From: Octopus sinensis | Taxonomy: Eukaryota | Direction: 5' to 3' | DNA length: 64,000 bases | NCBI RefSeq assembly: GCF_006345805.1 | Contig: NC_043005.1 | Location: forward strand, 36,084,001-36,148,000 | Shown here: positions 1 through 12,824 of the stretch, one piece after another | Position numbering within the stretch: the first letter of the stretch is position 1 | Layout of the letters: each line of letters starts with the position of its first letter | Position numbers and translations under genes: made by a program | The notes under the pieces: generated by a model | Databases searched by the model: none | What the model was told of the DNA's origin: nothing | What the model saw: the letters and a program-made list of their open reading frames with translations, nothing else

Positions 1-718
1 TTGATTGCATCCACCCCAGTGTTTCACTGGTATTTAATTTATCGACCCCGAAAGGATGAATATCAAAGTCGAGCTCGGTGGAATTTGAACTCAGAACGTA
101 GCGGCAGATGAAATACCTATTTCTTTACTACCCACAAGGGGCTAAACACAGAGAGGACAAACAAGGACAGACAAACGGATTAAGTCGATTATATCGACCC
201 CCAGTGCGTAACTGGTACTTATTTAATCGACCCCGAAAGGATGAAAGGTAAAATCGATCTCGGCGGAATTTGAACTCAGAACGTAGCGGCAGATGAAATA
301 CCTATTTCTTTACTACCCACAAGGGGCTAAACACAGAGGAGACAAACAAGGACAGACAAACAGATTAAGTCGGTTATATCGACCCCAGTGCGTAACTGGT
401 ACTTATTTAATCGACACCGAAAGGATGCAAGGCAAAATCGACCTTGGCGGAATATGAACTCAGAATGTAGCGGCAGATGAAATACCTATTTCTTTACTAC
501 CCACAAGGGGCTAAACACAGAGGGGACAAACAAGGACAGACAAACAGATTAAGTCGATTATATCGACCCCAGTGCGTAACTGGTACTTATTTAATCGACC
601 CCGAATGGATGAAAAGCAAAGTCGACCTTGGTGGAATTTGAACTCAGAACGTAGCGGCAGACGAAATACCGCTAAGCATTTCGTCCAGTGCGCTAACGAT
701 TCTGCCAGCTCGCCGCCT
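1..718 (-). mobile_element. Tandem array of tRNA-derived SINE (family B): one headed copy plus three head-truncated ~184-bp units, running off the window edge
   Basis: Minus strand reads GGCGGCGAGCTGGCAGAATCG (A box) ... GAGTTCAAATTCC (B box). GAAATAC recurs at 110, 295, 479 and 663, with spacings 185/184/184. Confidence 0.9.
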
Positions 719-944
719 TAAATGTGCGTCTAATAATAACAAGAACTTGGTTGGAAGTAATAATAATATTGATCGGGTAGTTTAAGGACCTGAATTCGGC
801 CTACAAACGAGGCTCTCAAAATGATAGCTATCAATCCCTGCCCTCGGAAGTGGGATGGAACAACTAAATAATTAGATGCACGCACGCACATGTATATGTA
901 TGTATATGTATGTACACACACACACACATGTTTATTTGTGTGTA

Positions 945-1160
945 CCATTTTGTCTCTTTCACCCATCGTCATCGCTTGACAACCGGCGTTGGTTTGTTTA
1001 CGCCGTCGTAACTTAGCAGGTCGGTAAGAGGTACCATTAAAATAATTGCCAGACTCTTTTAGAAAAAGTTACTACTGGGGTCGATTTGTTCGACTAAATA
1101 TTTCAGGGCGGTGACCCAACATGGCCGCAGCTCAATGAGTGAAGCAAGTTAATGATAAAA
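945..1160 (+). mobile_element. SINE family A, 3' half
   Basis: ATCGCTTGACAACCGGCGTTGG...GGGGTCGATTTGTTCGACTAA...GGCGGTGACCCAACATGGCCGCAG matches the 3' halves of the copies at 17022 and 62288. Confidence 0.8.
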
Positions 1161-1806
1161 GATTTTGAAGAAAGTGTAGTCAATAAATTATTGCTGATCT
1201 TATTCAATTATTACGTAAAACCAACGGCGAGAAACAGGAAATAACTGAAACGTCCGTATCGCGAACAACTGTGTGTTTACACGGTAAATTTTTCTTGTCA
1301 AGTTTCCTGAGAGGATATACAGTAGATGGCTGACAATAAATGTATGGAAGGACGAAGGTAAAGTGTTCAACACTCGCGGCGAAGAAGCTTGTTAGTGAGT
1401 GTGTGTGAAGACTAGTATCGGTGAAATATCGTCTGCAACCGACGGAAGGAAAGAACATTACTTGTTTTCTTAGGGATCGCCAACATATGCCTGGTTCAAA
1501 GTTGAATTAGACCACCGTGATTAAAAGTGAATCAAGTTTATCTAAGAGTCACCCGTGTTTCATTTTAGATAATGTTGAATTTCCGACAGGTTAAACAAAT
1601 GAATTTTAAATGGATCAGTTTGTTCTTCTTCCTTTATTAATGAGAAAACAGCATAGAGATTACCATGATTTGCATATTTATTCTTATGTTCCGGGAGATA
1701 TGAACATAAATACACTAACCACTGTTGTGTTTCGTCACAGGAGGAACTTTCTCCTATACGACGAATGAGTGTTTATGGCACACTCGATTCGTCAGAGCAA
1801 GGGACT

Positions 1807-1852
1807 CTTTGACGCCCGGTGTTTCGACATTACTGTGTCTCGTCAGCCAAAG
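1807..1852 (-). ncRNA. Hammerhead ribozyme core (type I-like, stem I degenerate)
   Basis: Minus strand: CTGACGA-GACA cagtaa TGTC-GAAAC accgggc GTC. The catalytic boxes are canonical and stem II is a perfect 4 bp; stem I is out of register by 2 nt. Confidence 0.6.
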
Positions 1853-2665
1853 GCAACCTGGACCAATGAATAGAGATTACAACCACACAATTCTTCTGTC
1901 TTCACCTAAAATTTAAGACCATTTTGATTTTAGTCAACACTACGATGTTCTCCATCTTTTCTATTCTCATTCCTCCACAACAGAAAGTAGTGGTGATGGT
2001 CGTGGTGGTGGTCTCCTCCCCCATCAAGATACCCTGAATTAAACTACAGTACACTTGATGTTATATTTTTCGTGCCATTCCGAGTAGATTCATAGCCGAT
2101 CGCAATTTCCAACTGTGACCATCCCATCATTTTCCTAGAGACAGTGCAGTAGGAGCCGCTCTCTTGTAAAACAAATATTTTCTGTTTTGAAGACGTAGAG
2201 CGTGATTTGAGGAAGATTCTGCTGCTATTTATAGCAGATCGAGTGACCGCTTAGATGCTCCCTCGTTTGCTCAAAGGAGAATAATTGCTGAAGTTTAGCC
2301 TCAGGTCAAGTAATCGAGTAGGCCTACAATCAAAGTCAATTTGGTCATCACCAGCCATAATTTTAGGCACATTGTATTTTAGGACAACATTATTAAATGT
2401 TTGTTGCATTTATGAAACACTGTTTTGCTTGAGAGGGGATTCGGTTGCTATTTTTAGAAGGTCTAGCGACCACCTCATTGCTTCCTCGTTAAATCGTGGG
2501 TGACCAGTAATTACTGTAGGTAGAATTTCAGATGTTGATTAGCTGGTAAAACGATGATACACATAGAAGATACACATGATCTGATACATATGGCGGACAA
2601 ATACCTCTCTATCAATTGTTTGAAGAACTATCAGCGGTCTAGTTTCTGACTAGTTTTTGATACAG

Positions 2666-2692
2666 CATGTGTGTGTTTGTGAGTGTGTGTGT

Positions 2693-2741
<49 letters not shown>

Positions 2742-3011
2742 TGCGTGTGTGTGCGTGTGTGTGCGTGTGTGCGTGAGTGTGTGTATGTGTGTGTGTGCCC
2801 CGGGGGCGCGTGTATTCGAGATATATGGTTTCCGTTGATTCTATTTACTGGTAAGAAGAAATAGAGTGAAAGAGATTTCGTATTATTCATTTGAAAGGCT
2901 TCCGTCCAGTTTTATTCGAAAGGAAGGTGGTGGTTCTTGATGAATATCTAACTGTCGTACTTCTGTACAATTTTTAAAACTCACACACGCGCATCTTTGC
3001 ATGTGTTTATG

Positions 3012-3043
<32 letters not shown>

Positions 3044-3135
3044 ATATGTATATATATATATGTATGTATATGTATACACATAGGTACATATTTATGTATA
3101 TATATATGTATATATATGTATATATACAAGTATAT

Positions 3136-3232
<97 letters not shown>

Positions 3233-3547
3233 ATATATATGTATGCATATGTATGTATATATGTATATGATATATATATATAATAAAAAAGAAAAAATGG
3301 GATTAAAAATCTTGACGTATAAAGGAATAAGGTAAAATTTCCAAAAAGTAGATACCAGTAAATGTATGAAGAATATAAATCCCAGGTAAATCCTCTTGTA
3401 TGGCGGGTAAACCCGACAATCCTTATGCAGAATTTTAAGAAATTCAGAGTATTAACAACAATCAGTAATATGAACGAAGGAAATCATACCTTAAAAATCC
3501 AACAATTGTTTCAGTTGGTTTAACATATATATATCCATATCTATATC

Positions 3548-3633
<86 letters not shown>
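2666..3633. repeat. Microsatellite cluster: (TG)n 2666-2797, (TA)n 3001-3283, (TCTA)n 3541-3633
   Basis: Directly visible simple repeats. Confidence 0.95.
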
Positions 3634-4239
3634 GTCGCAATAAGGAATTACCTATTAATTTATTTAATATAATAAACTCTGCTATAGGAATTAACCCTGT
3701 TTTATAATAACTGAAGAATTATTGTGTTCAACACATATGCAACCACCGAGGAGCTCACTGGGTGATTAAAAATAAAAATAAAAAAAGGACAACCAAGTAT
3801 CTATTTATTCATTATAATAAACTTTTATATAGGAATTAACCTTATTATATAATAATTGAAAATTTATTATATTTAATAATAATATAGACAATTATAGACG
3901 CTAGATAACTAAAGAATAAAAATAACGGATAAGATAATTAAATACTTATTTTTATGCTATACCCTTTTATTGAAATTAAGATTACTAAATAATAATTGAA
4001 AAATTACTATTATTAATAATATATACAGTTTTTGATGATCTCAGTGGATAATTAAAAGAAGAAAAATATAGATACGAATTCTACGTTATGTTTAATCGAA
4101 GCTTTGATACTTTACATAGCTATAACTAATTACTTATTCATTATATTCAGCATTTTAATAGGAATTAACATTATTACATAATAAGTAAATGATTGCTATA
4201 ATTACTAATTGAAATATTTGAATGTCCTAAATTTATGGC

Positions 4240-5301
4240 AACATCTTAAAGTTAAGTGCCGATTAAAATTCAATAAAATTAATTTAGAAGTAATTACAAA
4301 ATATAATCCTTCGAAGCAAAGATCACAAGTAGAATTACCAATATTTTACGAAGGTGCATAACTAATAATGGACCACTTTAAATCATATCTAATATTCTTA
4401 TACTTTAAATTCCAAATGCATTTACTAAAATTAGTACAATTATATTTTCTTCTATATTTAAAAGAATTAGAATGATTATAAAATCTAGAATTCCATCTAG
4501 TAGCAGAAGAATCCATGTACCAATACTTACGATGTCTAGTTATTACTTCATATTGGTATACTGTATTCTTCTTTAAACACTGATTTCCCAAGGGCATCGA
4601 ATTTTGATTACACAGTTACACATAAATTTCTACTTGTAAAATAGGTGTCAAGGTGGGATTATTATTGTTGTTATTGTTGTTGTTGTTGTTGTTCTTCTTC
4701 TTCTTCTTATTGTTTTCTTCTTCTTCTTTTTCCTCTTCTCCGAACTAACATCAATACAAGATCAATATATTAAGCATTTTGATACAAGATATTAGCATTT
4801 TGATCAATTATAAAATCTAAACCTTGTTCTGAATGATTATGAATAACGTTAATTTGACTATACATATTATCATATTATCATATATCAAAATTTACAAAAA
4901 TTTTGAGTTTAGATATTCTCTAACTCTCTGTTTGTTTTGTGTTGCAGTAATCTCAGCTAAATTTCTAATGGCTGTATACGGAAACTTAACACTACATCTA
5001 TTAAATAACCCCCCCCCCATATTTACTTAAAGGTACTGCAAAAAATTTACGTGGGATATTAGAAGTTATTGAATGTGAAAATGGAGCATTATACCATATA
5101 ACATTTGTTGATCTATTCTTATTATTTCTATTAACTTTTTTGTCTGTATTACTCTTATTATTTTTGAGCTGTTTCCTATTATAACTTTTATTCATAAATT
5201 TATAATTTTTATCATCCTCCTCCTCCTCATCATCATCATTATCATCATCATCAACAACATCATCATCCCGACCATGATCATGATCATTATTATCATTAGT
5301 A

Positions 5302-5366
<65 letters not shown>

Positions 5367-5505
5367 TCTATCTAAATTTTTAGTTTCCTTATACTCCTTA
5401 TTAATTTTCAACATTTCTATAATCCTATCATATTCTAGAACTTTATTATTATTATGATGATTCTGGATGTAGTAAACCTTATCTTTATATCCAGCTTCCA
5501 ATAAT
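4240..5505 (-). mobile_element. Degenerate Penelope-like retroelement: RT thumb/linker plus GIY-YIG endonuclease
   Basis: Translations give VIWYNAPFSHSITSNIPRKF (PLE WFNPPF motif), LFNRCSVKFPY (IFNRxxVKVSY), PLGNQCLKKNTVYQ...SRFYNHSNSF...FSKCIWNLKYKNIRYDLKWSII and CDLCFE...LLNF. Frameshifts and stops are present. Confidence 0.85.
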
Positions 5506-5545
5506 GCATGGTTATATATATACTACTGTTGCGACTGTTTCAGTA

Positions 5546-5609
<64 letters not shown>

Positions 5610-5750
5610 TAATAATAATAATAATAATAATAATATAATAATAATAATAATAATAATAATATAATAATAATAATGGCATGCACTGCTCTCTCACTCAATA
5701 ATAATAATAATAATAATATAATAATAATAATATAATAATAATAATAATAA
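5546..5750. repeat. (AAT)n array interrupted by a 22-nt non-repeat stub at 5675-5696
   Basis: Visible directly; the stub is GGCATGCACTGCTCTCTCACTC. Confidence 0.9.
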
Positions 5751-6159
5751 TTTTCTCCCTAATTTTGACGCAAATTTTGAAGGGATGGGGCAAGCCAGTT
5801 ACAGCATCCCCAGTACTTTATTTCATTGACCCTTCAAGGTTGAAATACTAAGCTGACCTAGGCTTGATTTGAATACACAGAGTAAAGACCTGGACCCGAG
5901 AATATTTCACGGAATTAATGGTAAACCTATTGGGTTATTTCTGAAAACTTTATCAAAAAAAAAAAAAAAAAAAAAGCTGAAAGCGTAGCTTGTGTTGAAT
6001 GGAAAGATAGTCGCTCATCTGCAATTCATTGAAAAGTGAAAGAAATGGGAAAACGATGATTACTTAATGCAATGTGTATCAAAAGGATGTGTTATAACAC
6101 TATTCTACATATACAAAAAACGGCCGTACCAACAATCCAACACACCTCCATCATCAGTT

Positions 6160-6460
6160 TTTTGTTCCTTCTTGAGCCATGCCTGGCTCATTAGGGCCGG
6201 TTTCCTGGTTTCCTTGGCGTATAGGTTTCACACCTGGACGGGACGCCAGTCCGTTGCAAGCGAGCTGCAAGATGCAGGAGGAAAAAGTGAGAGAAAGTTG
6301 TGGCAAAAGATTCAGCAGATGTTCGCCATTATCTTCTGCCGGAGCCGCGTGGAGTTCAGATGTTTCGCTCATAAGCACACACATCGCCCGGTCTGAGATT
6401 CGAACCCGCAATCCATCGACCGCGAGTCCGCTGCTCTAACTACTAGGCCATTTGTCTCCA
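6160..6460 (-). mobile_element. Full-length tRNA-headed SINE with a 14-bp target-site duplication
   Basis: Minus strand: TGGCCTAGTAGTTAGAGCAGCGGACTCGCGGTC...GGTTCGAATCTC (A/B boxes). CTCCATCATCAGTT flanks both ends (6146-6159 and 6461-6474). Confidence 0.9.
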
Positions 6461-9165
6461 CTCCATCATCAGTTGCCCCATAGATGTCAATATGGTTTCG
6501 AAACCCGGGTAGTAACATTCAATTCGGCGGTGTCAACAGCACAAAAAGACGTGTTGCTTTGGAACAAACATACAAAAAAAGACTTAACTTTCAAACATAT
6601 TTACCTTATGTACAACAGTAATCAATCTAAATACAGGTAGGATTAAACACTAAATTGAAAATTAATCTACAACAAGAAACATATAAATCTATGTACATCT
6701 GTATCGGTATTAATAGTAATCCCGGAATAACTAAATTATATACTAAATAGCGACCAGTCTTTAAGTTCATACAAATAATAATCCCCACTAGTCTTCCACT
6801 GTTGCTACCATAATAAAAGAAAGTGAAAGCTTTGTTTCAATTATCTCTAAAACAAAACACAATTGAATTTAATTTAACGAATAATATAATAGTTATAAAT
6901 CAAATACGTTATTTCATAATTCAAAAGTTAATAATAAAAGCACTACACACTCTTGATATATATTACACTTACAAGTTATAATGTAAACTTACCAGTAACT
7001 AATAGAAACATTAAATTTACTAAATAGGAACTAATAAAAGTATACTTGTAATTAACTTTTACTATGAAGCTTTACTACGATTAGAGCTAAATTAAAACCG
7101 TTTAAAAGATAATAAACTACAAAGTATTAACACTTACATGTTTTGTTTCAAACCACATGGTTCCATTACTTCTAGAACTTAAAAGATTATCTTAACGATA
7201 GATGACGTACTGCGTAATTACTACTTCTTCAACTGTGTCTCAAATAATATATACACTTTGTATACTTTATGTACAATTTTATAGACGTAATACACTGCAC
7301 TCATAAAATAAATATTCACTCTTATTTTTCCATTTCCCCCATAAACAAACAAAAAAATATCCCGTACATATGATACAACCTTTAGTTAAAATGCAATATA
7401 TTTGCCACGTAAATTTCACGGAATTGCATTTATGTGCATGCATTAAACGATAGGTAATATAAAAAAACTTAGTTAAATTTAAAAATACACTTTTCATTAT
7501 CAAATCAACCATCCACATCCACATCACTACATCCACCACCATCACCTCTGCACCACTACATCCACCACTTCTCTCTTCCCACTCTTTTTTCATTCTCGTC
7601 TCTCTCTCTCTCCTCTCTGCCTTTCTTTAACCTCACCATCAGAACATCACCCCTCTGCTAAAATTATATTTTTAACTCTCTTCCTCTATATCATCACTAC
7701 CTTCAACTAACTTTTTTAACCACGTAATAAATATGACGCTTTCCCTACCTCACGTCATGGACACTTCTCTCTCTCCAGCTTTTGCTTTCTCCTCTGTTTT
7801 CTTTCAACAAATCACGTGAAAGATTCGTAGACAGTCACCACTTCTCACCATACGGTCAACTTAATAAATGTATGTTTATACATACATACATACATACATA
7901 CATACATACATACATACATACATACATACAAACATACATACATACATACATGTAGGCGCAAGCGTGGTAAGAAGTTTGCTTCCAACGGTATGGTCCCGGG
8001 TTCAGTCCCTCCTTCCACCAAATGTATATTACAGTTTGATGAAGGCAAATAAACCGAAATTTCGAAGTCACTGTTAACCTTTACCTTTTAATACATAAAT
8101 GCACAAACACACATACACACACATACATACACATGCACACACATATGATGTCCTTCATTAGTGATTCATAACGAAAAATATATAACTGATCTATATTATC
8201 ATCAATACTTGATTGATAACAATATATCCCATAAGATATCAGTTCGATTGCACATGTACATTTGTGCATACAAAAGTGTGTTTTTTTTAATATTTTCTCT
8301 CATTACATTTCTGAAATCGATAGAATGTATTGATCGATAAATATTCTGCGTCTCCTTTGTGATTCCTCCGGAGACGTTTCATCTAAATCTATGGCTGCTT
8401 TAATCGATCTTATTATATTTTATTCTTTCTGATTCTGATTCCATCAGGATTTTAAAAACATCTACAAATATTGATTCTATTTTTAGTTGTTCTGAAGACG
8501 AATTTCACAGTCTGAAGAATAAAGTGAACAGAGAAAGGAAAACACTGGCAATATGGCGTCGGGAGAGTCGGCGGTCGAATACATAGAGTGAGGTGTGTGT
8601 AGGCTGGTCGTGATGGAAGACTTGTAAATTCTTTTACAGCCATTTGGAAATATTCTGTTTGTAGTTAGGTGGAATATGCAAAACAATGCTAATTGTATCG
8701 TTAATGATTTCTTTCTCATGCATCGATACAATTTCTTTGAATAAGATCGAGTTTAATCAAACGAATTGAGGAAATGAGCCTAGTGTATAACTGGTTGATT
8801 GATTTATTTTTTTCATAGAATACAAAATTCGTTAATATACGTACCTGTCGACATATCTTTAGCGGTCGATCGTCCATCGGTGGCAAGACCATGAAAGCTC
8901 GCAATCACGTGATCTGAGGGCGTCGGTGCTGGAGATGGCAGCGAATTATCTCACCGTAAGCGAGATAAACAAGAGTACATTTTGCAGCAAAAGTCAATAT
9001 GAGAGTTTCTTTCATGGTATCTACCGTTCAAAGTGATGTCCCAAAATGGCCGCGGTCAAATGACTGAAACAAGTAAAAGAGATAAAAAAGATACACGGTA
9101 TACGAACACACGTAGCATTCAACAGATATCTCTTCCCCCCCTCTCTCTCTCTCTCTCTCTATCTA

Positions 9166-9236
<71 letters not shown>

Positions 9237-9237
9237 A

Positions 9238-10238
9238 TACTAGCTGACGTACCCGGTAATTCCCAGGAAAGCGGAGCTTATCCCATGGTTCCGTTCTCAT
9301 AATTGTTTCGCTAATCCAGTAACAACAATACAATGTATGTAGCCCTTAAAACGGTTTTTGCGTACTTATTGAGAATACCGAACTATTTTACAAAGGATCT
9401 TGTTTTTAGGAATTCCTAATAAGTTATGAATACCCAAATTGTGAAGTCAGTTATGTAATAACATGAAATTAATTACCCGATAATAAGAATTCAAATAAAG
9501 TAGCCTCGAAAAGGGCTTTAATACGTCCCCAGAGTATATAGAACTTATGAGGAAATACTAATAATGTACTTATGAGGAAATACTAATAATGTACTTATGA
9601 GGAAATACTAATAATGTACTTATGAGGAAATACTAATAATGTACTTATGAGGAAATACTAATAATGCATGTTACGTAATAAGAGGCTAATCAGATATCAG
9701 ATAATAACAATTTAAAGTAAATAACTCTGAAAATGGCTTTTGTGGCTTCCCAGAGAATATTACCCTCAGCGGCGCAAGTGTTGGTATATTCGTGAATAAG
9801 TCACTGACCGAAATAAGTGGATCTATTGTTTAGGAAAATACTATTGACTTGTTTCAGCGTTGCACTGGATAAATTGCGAAAATAGCTAAAATAGTTCAAA
9901 TACTAACAAATAATCAGACTCAATTTGATTTAAACGAAATAATTTACGAACATGAATGGATTATTTTTCTTGGCTATATATAGGGATCTCTTTCAGGAGC
10001 GAGTATATCACTTCCCTTGGATGTTTAAAAATAATATATTAGTTATATGTAGTAGATATAATAATCCCTTCCAGGGGCCCAATTATCGGCTTTTTTCAGC
10101 AATCTAAGTATGTCACTAATTTTCCAGACATGAGTTCTACTCACGTGTCAAGTTTCATCAAAATCGATAAAACGATGTAGGAGGTGTTAGATAACAACGC
10201 CACAAGCAAACACACTCACAGATTTCTACATATGTAGC
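9238..10238 (+). mobile_element. Helentron/DINE-like non-autonomous element
   Basis: Starts TACTAGCTGACGTACCCGG. Carries a 3' core GTGTCAAGTTTCATCAAAATCG followed by ACAAACACACTCACAGATTTCTACATATGTAG, the same layout as 14723-15087. Confidence 0.6.
9543..9666. repeat. 25-bp minisatellite x5 (ACTTATGAGGAAATACTAATAATGT)
   Basis: Head-to-tail, essentially identical units with no spacers. Confidence 0.95.
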
Positions 10239-10261
10239 ATATATATATATATATATATATA

Positions 10262-10972
10262 TTATTTCATGTTCTAGCCAAGAGCTGCAGCCATGCTGAT
10301 GCATCGCCGTCTTACGCTACACTGTTATTACTAGGAGCCTCCTCTAATATGTGGCACTTGGTGAAGAATGGAGTTTGATATAGCTACCCTCATTTGCACC
10401 TCTTGCCGTGAGGTAGGCTCATCTGGGACTCTTGACAGGAAGAGGTCCAGCTTTGATTTAAAAACGCCTACATCTACTTTGTGCAAGTTCCTCAGACATT
10501 TTGGGAGAATATTAAAAAGTTGTGGGCCCTTGAAACCCAGGCTGTTGCAGTAACTGGTCCTGAAGCGTGATGGCATTGCTGGGATCTTTGGCACCATGTA
10601 GTGTCGTCCCGTTCTGGCATTGGTGTAGCTTTCAATGCCAAAATTTGGCACAATTCCTTCCAGGATCTTCCAGATATATATTACTGCATACCTCTCCCGT
10701 CTTCTCTCCAGGGAGTAGAGTCTTAGCTGTTTCAACTTTTCCCAGTAGCTGAGCTGTTGCAAAGAGTCAATCTTCTTTGTGAATCTTCTCTGGATTGCTT
10801 CAACGTCCGCTGTTAATCTCACTCTGGTGGGTGACCATAGCTGTGAGCAGTAATTCAGGTGGCTGAGGACGAATGTCCGCCAGAGGACCATCATGGTTTC
10901 CTTATTTCTGGTTTTGAATGTTCTTAGGATCCATCCAGCCAGTCGTCTGCACTTTGTCGCCATCCTGTGAAA
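10262..10972 (-). mobile_element. 5'-truncated CR1/L2-group LINE: C-terminal ORF2 (open ~210 codons) plus 3'UTR
   Basis: ORF 10331-10963 has [49 protein letters not shown] and FKSKLDLFL, typical post-RT CR1-group motifs. Flanked by (TA)n. Confidence 0.85.
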
Positions 10973-11067
10973 TATATATACATATATATATATATATCTA
11001 TATACATATATGTATATACATCCATAATTATGTATATATATGTACATATATGTATATATAAGTATAT

Positions 11068-11142
<75 letters not shown>

Positions 11143-11175
11143 TATATATATATATGTATATATATATATGTATAC

Positions 11176-11588
11176 GATTGAAATGGCATAGTTTTTATTA
11201 TTATTTTACTTGCTTTAGTCATTAGACTGCGGCTATGCTGGAGCCACCGCCTTCAGTCAAACAAACTGACCCCAAGCCTTATTCTTTGTAAGCCTAGTAC
11301 TTATTTTATCGGTTCCTTTTGCCGAAACGATAAGCTACGGGGACGTCAACACACCGTCATTTGTTGTAAAGTGATGGTGGAGCTACAAACACACACACAC
11401 ACACACACATAGTCACACACACACGCAAACACATACACACACAAATATACACATATATACGACGGGCTTCTTTCAGTTTCCGCCTACCAAATCCACTCAC
11501 AAGGCTTTGGTCGGCCCGAGGCTATAGTCTATATAGATAGATAGGTAGATGTAGATATATATAAGTAAATACATATATATACATATAT

Positions 11589-11675
<87 letters not shown>

Positions 11676-11850
11676 CCATATATATATATATATACATATA
11701 TATGGACATGTATATATATATATATATAATATATATATTATATATATATATATCCATATATATATATATACATATATATGGACATGTATATATATATATT
11801 ATATATACATGTCCATATATATGTATATATATATATATATGGATTATATA

Positions 11851-11883
<33 letters not shown>

Positions 11884-11918
11884 CATGTCCATATATATGT
11901 ATATATATATATATATGG

Positions 11919-11965
<47 letters not shown>

Positions 11966-12397
11966 TATATAATATGTGTGTGTGTATATATGTATATATA
12001 TGTATTTACTTATATATATCTATATCTACCTATCTATCTATATAGACTATAGCCTCGGGCCGACCAAAGCCTTGTGAGTGGATTTGGTAGGCGGAAACTG
12101 AAAGAAGCCCGTCGTATATATGTGTATATTTGTGTGTGTATGTGTTTGCGTGTGTGTGTGAGTATGTGTGTGTGTGTGTGTGTGTTTGTAGCTCCACCAT
12201 CACTTTACAACAAATGACGGTGTGTTGACGTCCCCGTAGCTTATCGTTTCGGCAAAAGGAACCGATAAAATAAGTACTAGGCTTACAAAGAATAAGGCTT
12301 GGGGTCAGTTTGTTTGACTGAAGGCGGTGCTCCAGCATAGCCGCAGTCTAATGACTAAAGCAAGTAAAATAATAATAAAAACTATGCCATTTCAATC
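11176..12397. repeat. ~1.2-kb near-perfect palindrome of a family A SINE plus (TA)n spacer
   Basis: 11176 GATTGAAATGGCATAG... is the reverse complement of ...CTATGCCATTTCAATC 12397. The centre lies between GGACATG (11780) and CATGTCC (11814). Confidence 0.9.
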
Positions 12398-12759
12398 CCG
12401 AGCAACACTGGGTATTCTGATTGTAGTTAGGTGGAATATGTATATATATATATATATATATATACATACACACACACACACACACACATATGTGTGTGTA
12501 TGTGTGCGTGCCTCTGTGTGCGTGTGTGTGTGTGCGCGCGCGCGCGTGTATAAGCAATAGTAAATCTCTGAGCAAGTTATGAACAGTCGTTGCACGACAA
12601 CGTGAAGTATATATATGTGTATATATATACAAAGACACACATACGCACACACATATATACACACACTTATTTAAGTATGAGTATGATACATATCCATATC
12701 GTAATAAGTAGCACATTATGATCTACTAGTCTTTCTTTCTTTCGTCCTTTGTTTGTTTC

Positions 12760-12824
<65 letters not shown>

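Noticed and set aside
8280-8650. Similarity to 22400-22700 (GATTCCAxCAGGATTT...TTCTGAAG)
   Set aside because: Probably a dispersed repeat, but I could not define its ends or class.
9543-9666. 25-bp repeats as a CRISPR array
   Set aside because: The units are contiguous with no spacers, the context is eukaryotic and there are no cas genes.
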